From IMG/VR virus record IMGVR_UViG_3300037601_000035: a stretch of DNA of 64,000 nucleotides; one strand, 5' to 3'. The position numbers and the translations under genes are program-made. The DNA is from an uncultured virus (IMG/VR IMGVR_UViG_3300037601_000035). Lineage: Duplodnaviria > Heunggongvirae > Uroviricota > Caudoviricetes. Shown here one piece after another: positions 9,266-18,931 of this stretch (the stretch's first letter is position 1; each line of letters starts with the position of its first letter). Below the pieces are notes generated by a model. The model did not search any database and was not told where the DNA came from. It saw only the letters and a list, made by a program, of their open reading frames with translations.

Positions 9266-10117
9266 ATGAGTAAAAAAATAACCTTAAACGTGAAAGATCC
9301 AAAGGCTCTCCAAGCTTTCTTTTCGAAGTTTACAAGCTTAGGATCGACTGTTTTAGCAGTCATTAATAAGGATTCTATTGAAGTAAGTGGATTTGAAGAT
9401 GATAGAAGTACTTATAAAAAATCTACTATTTCTTTTAAAGATGTTTTTGAAGAATCTGAAATAGATATTGATCAACCTATATTTATGAGTTTCTTTTCTA
9501 AAGTATCTAAAATAATTTCTTATTTGAACAACTATTCTGAAAGTTGTAAATTCATAATTACTTATGATGAATTAACTACTCAATCAATAGTAAATTTAAC
9601 TTCAGAATGGAATGACAATAGGAACAATGTTTTAGTAGTAGAACACATAACTTTAAAAGATGATAATTTAAGTTTAAAAATGGGCGCTCCTAGATTAAGT
9701 ATGTCTAAAGCTTCATTTGATATGAATGAAACAAAATTAAATGGTATTCTTGCTGAAACAGAAGATACTCAAATTAAATGTAAATTTGTTTTGAATAAAA
9801 CTATAAAAAGTAAAATTGCTTCTTTGGTAAAAGGAAAATCTTCTTCAGATAATCTTTCAGATATTTTATCGATTAGTATTTCTGAAGACGATAAAGAAAA
9901 TTTAAAAGTTTCTATGAAAAATTATTTTGTATATACATTTCCAGTAGAAGAATATTTTTCAGATTTTGAAATATTTACAGATCCTAAATTTTTAGGTTCT
10001 ATTGATGACGAAGAATATATTTGTCAAGTATATGAAAAACCAAATTTAAATTACACTGTATTTAGTTCTAAAGAATCAAATACTTTTAGTATAACAACAT
10101 CTAAAACATCAGCATAA
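9266..10117 (+). CDS. Possible sliding clamp (gp45/PCNA-like)
   Basis: Size, alternating alpha/beta pattern and position directly before the polymerase; no diagnostic motif. Confidence 0.4.
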   Translation: MSKKITLNVKDPKALQAFFSKFTSLGSTVLAVINKDSIEVSGFEDDRSTYKKSTISFKDVFEESEIDIDQPIFMSFFSKVSKIISYLNNYSESCKFIITYDELTTQSIVNLTSEWNDNRNNVLVVEHITLKDDNLSLKMGAPRLSMSKASFDMNETKLNGILAETEDTQIKCKFVLNKTIKSKIASLVKGKSSSDNLSDILSISISEDDKENLKVSMKNYFVYTFPVEEYFSDFEIFTDPKFLGSIDDEEYICQVYEKPNLNYTVFSSKESNTFSITTSKTSA

Positions 10118-10120
10118 AAT

Positions 10121-11344
10121 ATGACTCCAGTAGAAAAAATAACAGACGAATATCTAAGCAATTTAAGTACATCTGAATTAAAAGAACTTTTAAATGAGTA
10201 TGAAACTGAATATGCCATTTTAGATGCAAATCAGATGTCTATAAAGATCTCTATTAATTCAATGTATGGTGTTTTTGCAAGTCCTTATTTCCATTTCTTC
10301 AGTTATGCAATTGCATCTACTGTTACTGCGATGGGAAGACATATTACACAATCTACAGAAAAAATGTTCAATAAATATTTTCAAGAAGTATGGCCTAAAG
10401 ATACTAAACTTCATGAAATTATGGAAGTTTCAGATGTTCAACCTCCAATAAAAAATGTAGCTATTTATTGTGATACAGATTCAGTATATTTTTCATTAGA
10501 TGAAGTATTTGAAAATTGTACTCTTCCTGAAAAATATTCTGAAGATAAAGAATTTGGAGGAACTCATTTTATTCTAGATATTTGGAATAATAGATTAAAT
10601 TCTTATCTAAAGAAATTTTTTGATAATTATGCAGCTCATTTTGGCGTAGAAAATTTACATAATTTAGAACTTGAAAAAATCTGTAGATCAGGTATTCTAG
10701 CAGCTCCTAAAAAATATGTTCTAGATGTTTCGTGGACAGAAGGTGGAAAAAATGGATTATTCTATAAGAAAAACAAAAAATTTAATTTTACTGGAGGAGA
10801 AGTAGTTCAATCATCTACCCCTAAATATGTAAAAAACATTTTAGAAAAAACTATTGTAGATATTCTAAATAGTGAAAGGGGTAAAATAAATATGCCTGAA
10901 CTATTATCAAAGGTAAAAACAATTAAAGAAGAATACTTCTTACAAGACATTGATGTAATAGCAAAAACAGTAACTGTAAACGATTACGATAAACATATTG
11001 TTTCAGATGGAAAAGATTTAATCTTTAACAAAGGAGCAACTTATCAAGCTAAAGGAGCAGCATATTATAATCATCTATTAAATACTACCGAATCTCAGTA
11101 TAAACAAAAATATCCAATGATAAAATCTAAAGATTCTGTTAAATGGTATTGCGCTGAAATTCCAATTGATAAATGTGATAGATTTGCTTATTTACCAAAT
11201 ATGTTCCCTTATCAATTTGCTCCTGAAATAGACAAAGAAGCTCAATTTGAAAAAAGTTTTCTAGCTCCTTTAAATGCTTATATTCGAGCTTTAGATAAAC
11301 CGCCAATTGACAATAACTTATTTACATCATCTCCACTATTTTAA
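10121..11344 (+). CDS. polB: Family B DNA polymerase, C-terminal subunit (split gp43B-like)
   Basis: Motif B KISINSMYG at aa ~42-50, motif C YCDTDS, KKY, GGEVVQSSTP; lacks the exonuclease domain and motif A. Confidence 0.9.
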   Translation: MTPVEKITDEYLSNLSTSELKELLNEYETEYAILDANQMSIKISINSMYGVFASPYFHFFSYAIASTVTAMGRHITQSTEKMFNKYFQEVWPKDTKLHEIMEVSDVQPPIKNVAIYCDTDSVYFSLDEVFENCTLPEKYSEDKEFGGTHFILDIWNNRLNSYLKKFFDNYAAHFGVENLHNLELEKICRSGILAAPKKYVLDVSWTEGGKNGLFYKKNKKFNFTGGEVVQSSTPKYVKNILEKTIVDILNSERGKINMPELLSKVKTIKEEYFLQDIDVIAKTVTVNDYDKHIVSDGKDLIFNKGATYQAKGAAYYNHLLNTTESQYKQKYPMIKSKDSVKWYCAEIPIDKCDRFAYLPNMFPYQFAPEIDKEAQFEKSFLAPLNAYIRALDKPPIDNNLFTSSPLF

Positions 11345-11364
11345 AAAATAATAAAAAAGAAATT

Positions 11365-11655
11365 ATGGCTAAAAAGAAAAATGAATCAATGGATTTTGCA
11401 TCCATTTTAAATAAAGTACAAGATATAGTTCCTTCTGCAAATGTAGTTTCAGAAGATGATACTTTTAAAATTAATAATTGGGTAGATATGGGTAATTATC
11501 TACTTAATGCTCAAATGACAGGGTCTATTTATAGAGGCCTTCCTGAAGGGAGAGTGTTACTTCTGGCAGGGGATCCGGGTTGTTTACACCCTGATCAAGA
11601 AATAGAAGTTTATATAGGTAAATCTGAAAATTTTAAAGATTTAACAAAGTTATAG
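11365..11655 (+). CDS. uvsX: UvsX/RecA N-extein (72 aa) fused to a 24-aa split-intein N fragment
   Basis: DMGNYLLNAQMTGSIYRGLPEGRVLLLAGDPG then CLHPDQEIEV (intein block A). Confidence 0.9.
   Translation: MAKKKNESMDFASILNKVQDIVPSANVVSEDDTFKINNWVDMGNYLLNAQMTGSIYRGLPEGRVLLLAGDPGCLHPDQEIEVYIGKSENFKDLTKL
11581..11652 (+). mobile_element. Split intein IntN of UvsX
   Basis: Starts with Cys inside Walker A (GDPG|C), block A-like CLHPDQEI, ends at TAG. Confidence 0.85.
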
Positions 11656-11730
11656 AATTTCCAGTTCCAGGTTCACCTGTAATGTGATATATAAAAATAA
11701 AACATTATGACAAGCCTGGAACTAAAAAAT
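11656..11730. promoter_or_regulatory. Homing-site mimic and inverted repeat flanking the GATATATA promoter and endonuclease start codon
   Basis: AGTTCCAGG..TAATGT pairs with ACATTA..CCTGGAACT; GATATATA at 11686-11693 in the loop; reverse complement of 11657-11683 encodes ITGEPGTGN. Confidence 0.7.
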
Positions 11731-13122
11731 ATATTTGCGCAAAAAGAAATATTGTCAAAAGAAGACTACATCATTGAGATAAACAAAATATTTAGTGATT
11801 TAGAAAAAGTTAATTTTGAAAATTTCTACTTAAAATATAAAGAAAAATATTCTACATATTCAAGAAAAAATTCTATTAAGATACTTTTACCTTTAAATAT
11901 AGATTTAAAGAAACATCATTTAGAATATTGGATTGAAAGAAACTATTCTAAAAAAGAAGCTGAATTATTAGCAAAGAAATATAAAAAAATATTAGATAAA
12001 AGTAGATCTAGATTTTGTGTGGAATTTTGGATAAAAAAAGGTTTTTCAGAAGAAGAAGCTAAAGAAGAAATTTCAAAAATACAAGCTAAAAATTCTAAAA
12101 AATCTTTAGACAATAGAAGAAAAACCGGTTACGAATGGTCAGTGAAAAAAAGAAAAAAGAAAAAATGGAAAAAAGAAGGCTTTTCAGAAAAAGAGATAGA
12201 GAAAAAATGGAAATCTTATATTGAAAAAAATAATAATCTTCATTTAGAATATTATTTAGAAAGAGGTTTTTCAGAAGAAGAAGCCAAAGAAGAAATTTTT
12301 AAAACGCAAAGAAAAAGATCTTTAAAAAGGCATTCTAAGAAATATACTAATCCAAAGGAGTATAAAAAAGGAATGAATGTATTTAAAGAATTTTATGAAG
12401 CTAAAGGTTTTTCAGAAGAAGAAGCTATTGAAAAATTAAAAGAAAGACAGTCTACTTTTTCTTTAAAATATTGTATAGAAAAATATGGCGAAAAAGAAGG
12501 AAATAGAATTTTTAATGAAAGACAGAAAAAATGGCAAAATTCTATGGAACTTTTAGACGAGCATACTAAAAACAAAATTAAAAAAGCGAATGCGAATGCT
12601 TCTTTAGAATATCATGTAGAAAAATATGGTGAAAGAGAAGGAACAGAAAAGTTTATTGTAAGACAAGAAAATAGAATGAATTCATTGCGATCGAGTATTA
12701 AATCTTTTAATTTTAAGTATGGTTCAAGTAAAGAGTCATATAAAATGTTTAAAGAAATCGAACACTATTTTGCTTCTAAAAAGAAAAAATATAATCTAAC
12801 ATTTTTATATGGAGAAGATGAATATGGAATTTATGGAAATAATAAAATGAATTTTTATGATTTTACTATCCCTGAATTAAATATTTTAGTAGAATATCAC
12901 GGAACACATGTTCATCCTAACCCAGAATGGAATGAAGAAATTAAAGAAAATTGGGTTCATGCTTTTAATAAAACTAATTATGAAGAAAATTATAATAGAG
13001 ATCTAGAAAAAAGAAAACTTGCAGAAGAGAAAGGTTTTGTTGTTTATGAATATTATTCAGATCAAAATGAAACTGAATTTATAGAAAAAATTATTAACAT
13101 TATAGAGAAAAAATATGAATAA
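11707..13122 (+). mobile_element. Free-standing homing endonuclease (Vsr/DUF559-like PD-(D/E)xK C-terminal domain, N-terminal repeats)
   Basis: YDFTIPELNILVEYHGTHVH...RDLEKRKLAEEKGF; repeats xGFSEEEA and EKYGExEG; lies between the two intein halves. Confidence 0.85.
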
Positions 13123-13612
13123 AAATGATATACTAAAAGAACTTTTATGTTGGTATGAAGATATTAATGAAATTAATACTTCGTTAAATACTAAATTAAA
13201 AAACGATTCTTCTGAAGAATATTATAATACGGTATTCAATATTCATTGTGAAAAAAACACGAAAAAAATAAAAATAAAAGATTTAATAGAAAAGCATAGA
13301 GATAAACAAATAATGATTAATTCATTTGATGGTTATCAAGAAATTATAGAATTCTATGAAAAAAGTAAAAGAGATATTTGGGAAGTTTCTACTGAAATAG
13401 GAACATTAAAGTGTTCTTTGGATCACATGATAGAAACAAAAGAATATGGATGGAAAAAAGTTTCAGAACTTAAAGTTGGGGATATTGCTCTAACGGTAAA
13501 AGGAGAACTTCCATTAATTAAATGCGAAAAAGTAGATGAATCTATAGTATATGATTTTGAAGTAGATCATAAAAATCATAGATATTTTTGTGAAGGATTT
13601 TCTAATCATAAT
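13115..13612 (+). mobile_element. Split intein IntC of UvsX
   Basis: Ends His-Asn followed by Thr(+1); restores Walker A GDPG-TGKT. Confidence 0.88.
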
Positions 13613-14683
13613 ACAGGTAAAACATTTTTATCTATGAATGCTGCTAGAGAAGCTCAAAAATCTTTTGATTCAAAAATATTTTGGTTTGATTCTGAAGGCG
13701 CAATGGATAATGATACATTAGAAAGAATCGGTGTTGATACTTCTAATGTAGTAATAGTTCCCGTTGAAACAATTCGACAAACGTCTCAGGTTATGCTTAA
13801 TATTTTAGATTCAATATCGGGAGAAAATTCTTGTGAATATATGTTTGTTCTAGATTCTTTAGGTAACTTGTCTTCTGATAAAGAAACAGAAGATTTGCTT
13901 TCAGGAAATAATAAAAGAGACATGACTAAACAACAAGAATTAAAGGCTATGTTTAGAACTTTACTTACTAGATTAAGGGTAAAAAGAGTTCCTATGATAG
14001 TTACTTCTCACGTTTATGAAGCAATTGGTTCTTATATTCCAACTAAAATAATTTCAGGTGGATCGGGTGCTAAATTTGGTGCTTCTATTTCATTAATGCT
14101 ATCTACTAGACAATTGAAAAAAGAAGACGATAAAGATGTAGATACTAAAAAGGTTGATAGTGAAATCAAGAAAACTGGAGTTCTTATCAAATCTAAACAA
14201 GAAAAAGCAAGATTCACAAAAGGTGGAATTCCAATTACTCTTCACGTATCTTTTTATAAAGGTATGAATAAGTATGTAGGTTTGCAAGATTATTTAGATT
14301 GGGAAAATTGTAAAGTAGCTCCTGGAAAATTAGTAGATGAATATGAAGAATATGAAACCGGTACAGGTAAAATAGCTAGAAGAAAAACTGGAAATACTGT
14401 ATTTGAACCACACTCTAGTTCTCAAGCTCCTAGAAGTTGGGTGATAGGAAACGGACCAGACGGAGAACCTATTCAAATAAAAACAAAAGAATTTTGGAGA
14501 TACGCGAAAGAAATATTCACTAAAGAAAATTTAGATTATATTGATTCTAGATTACAAGAAGTATTTATGTTTGCTGAGTATGATGCTGTAGAAGAGATGT
14601 TAGCAGAAGAATTAGAAAATGAATCACATTTAAAAGAAACTGTAGTAACTGACGATTCGGACGAAACTTTAGAAGAAGAGTAG
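13115..14683 (+). CDS. uvsX: Split-intein C fragment (166 aa) fused to UvsX/RecA C-extein
   Basis: Intein blocks CSLDH, WKKVSELKVGD, VYDFEV, HN|TGKT; then RecA motifs FDSEGA, VLDSLGNL, SHVY, SGGSG. Confidence 0.92.
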   Translation: MNKNDILKELLCWYEDINEINTSLNTKLKNDSSEEYYNTVFNIHCEKNTKKIKIKDLIEKHRDKQIMINSFDGYQEIIEFYEKSKRDIWEVSTEIGTLKCSLDHMIETKEYGWKKVSELKVGDIALTVKGELPLIKCEKVDESIVYDFEVDHKNHRYFCEGFSNHNTGKTFLSMNAAREAQKSFDSKIFWFDSEGAMDNDTLERIGVDTSNVVIVPVETIRQTSQVMLNILDSISGENSCEYMFVLDSLGNLSSDKETEDLLSGNNKRDMTKQQELKAMFRTLLTRLRVKRVPMIVTSHVYEAIGSYIPTKIISGGSGAKFGASISLMLSTRQLKKEDDKDVDTKKVDSEIKKTGVLIKSKQEKARFTKGGIPITLHVSFYKGMNKYVGLQDYLDWENCKVAPGKLVDEYEEYETGTGKIARRKTGNTVFEPHSSSQAPRSWVIGNGPDGEPIQIKTKEFWRYAKEIFTKENLDYIDSRLQEVFMFAEYDAVEEMLAEELENESHLKETVVTDDSDETLEEE

Positions 14684-14691
14684 GATATAAT
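14664..14691 (+). promoter_or_regulatory. AAACTWTW-N14-TATAAT promoter
   Basis: AAACTTTA 14664-14671, TATAAT 14686-14691, upstream of the helicase. Confidence 0.65.
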
Positions 14692-14710
14692 AAAATTAAA
14701 AAGGTGATAA

Positions 14711-16042
14711 ATGCAAGCATACAATTTAGAAAAAATATTTTTTCATGAAATAATTCTTAATCCAGAATATTTATTAAAGGTTGAATCTTCTTTCTTTGAT
14801 AATTCTGATATTTCAAGATTATATCGATATGCAAAGGCCTTAAAGTTAAAATATCCTGATTCTAAATTAACTACTGAAATGTTAAAGCATGTAGTTAAGG
14901 CTAAAAATGAACATGAAATTTTAACTGAAGGAAAAATTGATACTATATGGAATGCTAAAAACGAAGAACATGATAAGGAATGGGTAAATAAAACTTTACA
15001 AAGTTGGATTCAAGTAAAGTCTTTAGAAAAATCTTTAGAAGAAGGAATAGAATATTTTAGAGATAAACCCGTTACAATGGAAAATGCTCAACAGGTATGT
15101 ACCGATACTCTTCAAATAATTAATTCTAAAGGGTTTGTTTCTTTTTATGAATCGACTGCATTAGATATATTTGATACCAAATCTCATTACTATGATGAAG
15201 TAGAAGAAAAGAAAAGTTTTGGTGTTGAATTTTGGGATAAAATTTCAAGAGGTGGAATTACTCCCGGTACTGTATGGTGTGGAGTAGGAGAATCTAATAT
15301 TGGTAAATCTATTTGGTTAAGTGCTTTTGCTAGATGGTTAGTTGATCAAGGACATAACGTTTGTTATATTTCTTGTGAGATGCCAAAACATGAAGTTCTA
15401 GAAAGAATTGGATCAAATATGTTTAATGTAAAAATGGGACACTATTTTGAAAAAATGAACGATCCTATTTTTGCAAAAGAAACTATAGCAAAATATAAAA
15501 AAGGAAAAGAGACAGAATCTTTAATAGGTGGAGCTAAATTAGGAAAACTATTTATAGAAGATTTTCCAACTAATGGACTAACTGTTCCTGGGTTACAATC
15601 TTATTTAGTAGATAAAATAGAAAAAACTCATAATCTTAAATTAGATGTTATTTTAGTTGATTATATTAATATTATGTCTAATTGGAGAAATCCTAATTCA
15701 GAAAATACTTATATGAAAATAAAACAAGTAGCAGAAGATTTAAGAGGAATGGCTAAAAACAATCATTGGGGAGTTATTACTGTTACTCAAGCAAAGATAA
15801 ATGCTTATGGGTCTACTGACTTAAGATTAGAGGATATGGGAGAATCATCGGCTCTAGGACATACAATTGATTTAGGATTTGGTATAATGCAAGATGCAAT
15901 AATGTATGCTAATAGAAAGTACAATATTAAGATAGTTAAAAATAGATCTTCGGGATATAAGAATTGTTCTCAAGTATTTGACATTGATTATGACTATATG
16001 AGAATATCTCAAGACACTTCACAAGAAATGATAACATATTAA
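14711..16042 (+). CDS. dnaB: gp41/DnaB-like replicative helicase
   Basis: Walker A GESNIGKS, YISCEM, Walker B ILVDYINI, AEDLRGMA, VTQ, KNR. Confidence 0.92.
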   Translation: MQAYNLEKIFFHEIILNPEYLLKVESSFFDNSDISRLYRYAKALKLKYPDSKLTTEMLKHVVKAKNEHEILTEGKIDTIWNAKNEEHDKEWVNKTLQSWIQVKSLEKSLEEGIEYFRDKPVTMENAQQVCTDTLQIINSKGFVSFYESTALDIFDTKSHYYDEVEEKKSFGVEFWDKISRGGITPGTVWCGVGESNIGKSIWLSAFARWLVDQGHNVCYISCEMPKHEVLERIGSNMFNVKMGHYFEKMNDPIFAKETIAKYKKGKETESLIGGAKLGKLFIEDFPTNGLTVPGLQSYLVDKIEKTHNLKLDVILVDYINIMSNWRNPNSENTYMKIKQVAEDLRGMAKNNHWGVITVTQAKINAYGSTDLRLEDMGESSALGHTIDLGFGIMQDAIMYANRKYNIKIVKNRSSGYKNCSQVFDIDYDYMRISQDTSQEMITY

Positions 16043-16054
16043 AAAGAAAAAATT

Positions 16055-16513
16055 ATGGCAGCAAGAAAAAGAGATAGAGATAAAGTATTTGATAACAATT
16101 ACAACACTGGAAATCTTGATGATTTTTCAACTGAAGAAATTGTATTAAATGAAAAATATAAGAAAACGTTTCTTAATCAAGAATATAATTCTGACGTAGA
16201 TCATCGAATCAAAAAATTAAGTGCTGAATTGTATAAGTATGTAGAAGGATCTCCTTTTGAAAAAATACTTACAAATAAGAAATTAATTAAAAGAGCAGTT
16301 CCAGAAGTATTAGAATATATTCTTCCTTTCTTAGACGAATATACTACTTATACTTTTGCAGAAAGATTTTTTGTAATTTGTGATTTACTTAATGATGTAA
16401 AAGAAACCGTAATATATGAAAATCTTCCTGTAGATTATAAAGATACTGCTTTGAAAGAAATCAAAGACTATTCAAAATTAAAGAAACGAGAAGATTCTAC
16501 AAGATTGTTTTAA
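16055..16513 (+). CDS. Hypothetical protein, possible gp33-like late-transcription coactivator
   Basis: C-terminal helical pattern IC...E.....LP...K...LKE.....LKK...LF resembles gp33-type proteins; inference. Confidence 0.4.
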   Translation: MAARKRDRDKVFDNNYNTGNLDDFSTEEIVLNEKYKKTFLNQEYNSDVDHRIKKLSAELYKYVEGSPFEKILTNKKLIKRAVPEVLEYILPFLDEYTTYTFAERFFVICDLLNDVKETVIYENLPVDYKDTALKEIKDYSKLKKREDSTRLF

Positions 16514-16520
16514 AAAATTA

Positions 16521-16548
16521 AAACTATATGTCATTTTTAAAGTATAAT
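16521..16548 (+). promoter_or_regulatory. AAACTWTW-N14-TATAAT promoter
   Basis: AAACTATA 16521-16528, TATAAT 16543-16548. Confidence 0.65.
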
Positions 16549-16552
16549 TATT

Positions 16553-16885
16553 ATGATTAATATAACATTTAAAATATGTACCTTATTAGAAAAGGAATTA
16601 AAAGTCCCTACTAAAAATATGAGTGATGAAAAAATTCCTTGTAGATTATCTATTTATACTAAAAGAAAAAGTGAAGAATTTTTAGTTACTAATTTTATAA
16701 TTTCAGAAGAAGATATAGAAAAGAAAACTTTTAAAACATTAGATGATTTATTAGAAGAATGTAAAAATTTTAAAGTTTTAGCAATTTTTAAATGTTATGA
16801 AACAGAAGAAGGAATTTTATTTCATTATTATGGAGTAGAAAAATTTTTTAATCCTTTAGAACAATTTGTTAAATTTTTAAACTAA
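16553..16885 (+). CDS. Hypothetical protein
   Basis: 110-aa ORF after promoter motif. Confidence 0.55.
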   Translation: MINITFKICTLLEKELKVPTKNMSDEKIPCRLSIYTKRKSEEFLVTNFIISEEDIEKKTFKTLDDLLEECKNFKVLAIFKCYETEEGILFHYYGVEKFFNPLEQFVKFLN

Positions 16886-16904
16886 AAAATAAAGAAGATT
16901 AAAT

Positions 16905-17840
16905 ATGAAAGAAAAAAGATTTGCCAGTGTAGATTTAAGTAGACAACGATTGACTGAAATACCTGAAAAATATAAAGATTCTATTATTGATGGAGATTTT
17001 AATATTTCTAAAAATGAAATTAAAAGTCTTAAAAATAGTCCAAAATTGATTAATGGAAATTTTAATTGCTCACATAATATGTTATTGACCTGTGAGGACG
17101 GGCCGAGAATAGTTAAGGGTGATTACTTAGCAAGTAGTAATAATATTCTACTTTTTTATGGAATAGATAGGCCTGATAGAGAATTCGGTTTTACTGGACA
17201 CGGTCTAACCGGTTGCTTTGATGATCCCATTTTTGATACAGAAAAAAGAACAAAAGAACAATTTGATGATTTTACTATCAGAAGACAAAAACAATATGTA
17301 AAAAGTGTTGGTAATGCAGCTTATAATTTTGGTAATACTTTACTGTCATTGAAAAATACTCATTCAGGTATTAAGTATGTAACGGGAATTGAATATCACA
17401 ACGCCATTAGAAATCTATTCCGTCAAACAATGAATAATACAGCTTATATTTTAGAATTATTAGAAAACTGGGATCCTTTAGCGTTTAAAATATTCGATGA
17501 ATATTATGACAAATATTGGAATATTAATATTCCTAAAGAAGAGTTATATTTTTTTATATGGGATGGAAAAAACGCTCCATTAAAAATTTCTGGTGATGAA
17601 AATTCTATTCAAGTTCTAAATGATAAATTAATGGAACTTTCTGACGAAGAATTTGATCAATGTATGCGTAAAAACTGTCGTAATGTTCAAAGTTATCAAT
17701 ATGATCTTTATTTTCTTAAAAGAGAAAACGGAAAAATTTTTAATTATAATAGCGTTCCTCCAATATATTATCAAAATTTAGAGAATCATTTTAATATTAA
17801 TTTTTTCGATAATTTATTACAAGAATTAAAAAATAAATAA
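16905..17840 (+). CDS. LRR protein family C
   Basis: VDLSRQRLTEIPEKYK...GDFNISKN..LKNSP...GNFNCSHN.L. Confidence 0.8.
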   Translation: MKEKRFASVDLSRQRLTEIPEKYKDSIIDGDFNISKNEIKSLKNSPKLINGNFNCSHNMLLTCEDGPRIVKGDYLASSNNILLFYGIDRPDREFGFTGHGLTGCFDDPIFDTEKRTKEQFDDFTIRRQKQYVKSVGNAAYNFGNTLLSLKNTHSGIKYVTGIEYHNAIRNLFRQTMNNTAYILELLENWDPLAFKIFDEYYDKYWNINIPKEELYFFIWDGKNAPLKISGDENSIQVLNDKLMELSDEEFDQCMRKNCRNVQSYQYDLYFLKRENGKIFNYNSVPPIYYQNLENHFNINFFDNLLQELKNK

Positions 17841-17865
17841 AAAAATAAAGAAAAAGAGGTCCTTT

Positions 17866-18900
17866 ATGAGTGAAAAAAGATTTCAAATATCTCCAGAAGA
17901 AAATATTAAAATTGTTAATGGTAATGTTGATTTAAGCAGACAAAAATTAACAGAAATACCAGAACAATATAAAGATGCTTTAATTATAGGAAATTTTGAC
18001 GTGTCTTTTAATTATTTAAAAAATCTTAATAATTGTCCAAAATACGTTTTAGGTAGTTTTCATGTTAATCATAATTTTTTAATTACTTTAGAAAATGGAC
18101 CTATTATAGTTGGTACTGATTATTGGTGTGGCGCTAATAATTTAGTTACGAATTATGGAATGGGTATAATAGGGCAGAATTTACATTTTTATGATAATCC
18201 TTTTGAAATGGGACCGCAGAGTCCATGTTCAGAGGAATATGTAAGAGAATGGCAAAAAGAGCATATTGGAACCGATTGGATAAATAATTTCAATAATAAA
18301 GTATTAGGAATAAGTTATAGTACATCTGCGGGAAATGATATTAGGTTACGTACTTCTATTGCTGGGGACGAAAGAAATGAATTAATTCGACATTCATTTG
18401 AAACAGCATATAATAGTTTTAAAACTCTTCCTAAGGACGAACAAAAAAGAATTTTAGAGTTAACTAGATATTTTCATTTTGATCTTTCTGACAGAATTAA
18501 AAAACATGAAGAAACTTTAGAAGAAGATTCTTTAGAAAAAAGATTACAAGAAATATTTAATAAAACTGCTCCCATACAAAATAAAAACGATTTTCCTTTT
18601 GGCGGAAAAAAGACTTTTAATGTAACTATGGCAAATCAAAGTAAAATCGTTCCTCTTTTACCAAATGAAAAAGAATTTCCAGAAGAAGTTATTGTAGTAA
18701 ATAAAATAAACAATCTTCTTAAAAAAATTGATAGTAATAAATTACAAGTTTTTATGAATCTTTACCCAGAATTAAATACTGGAAAATTAGTTGAACTAAT
18801 AGACGTTCTTAATTTACAGGTAGGGACTTTTAATGAGATAAAAAAACATATTAAGTTTTTTGAAAAATATGGTGAACTAATGCTTGGTAACTGGGGATAA
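17866..18900 (+). CDS. LRR protein family C
   Basis: VDLSRQKLTEIPEQYK...GNFDVSFN.LKNLNNCP; paralog of 16905. Confidence 0.8.
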   Translation: MSEKRFQISPEENIKIVNGNVDLSRQKLTEIPEQYKDALIIGNFDVSFNYLKNLNNCPKYVLGSFHVNHNFLITLENGPIIVGTDYWCGANNLVTNYGMGIIGQNLHFYDNPFEMGPQSPCSEEYVREWQKEHIGTDWINNFNNKVLGISYSTSAGNDIRLRTSIAGDERNELIRHSFETAYNSFKTLPKDEQKRILELTRYFHFDLSDRIKKHEETLEEDSLEKRLQEIFNKTAPIQNKNDFPFGGKKTFNVTMANQSKIVPLLPNEKEFPEEVIVVNKINNLLKKIDSNKLQVFMNLYPELNTGKLVELIDVLNLQVGTFNEIKKHIKFFEKYGELMLGNWG

Positions 18901-18931
18901 TAAGAAATTTTAAATTAAAAATAAAAAGGAT

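Noticed and set aside
10121..10250. IntC at the start of the PolB fragment
   Set aside because: No block F/G or His-Asn-(Cys/Ser/Thr) junction; the sequence is helical and runs straight into motif B.
11653..11682. Stop-codon reassignment or TAG readthrough joining uvsX-N to the endonuclease
   Set aside because: Reading through TAG hits an in-frame TAA at 11680-11682; genes across the window are intact in the standard code.
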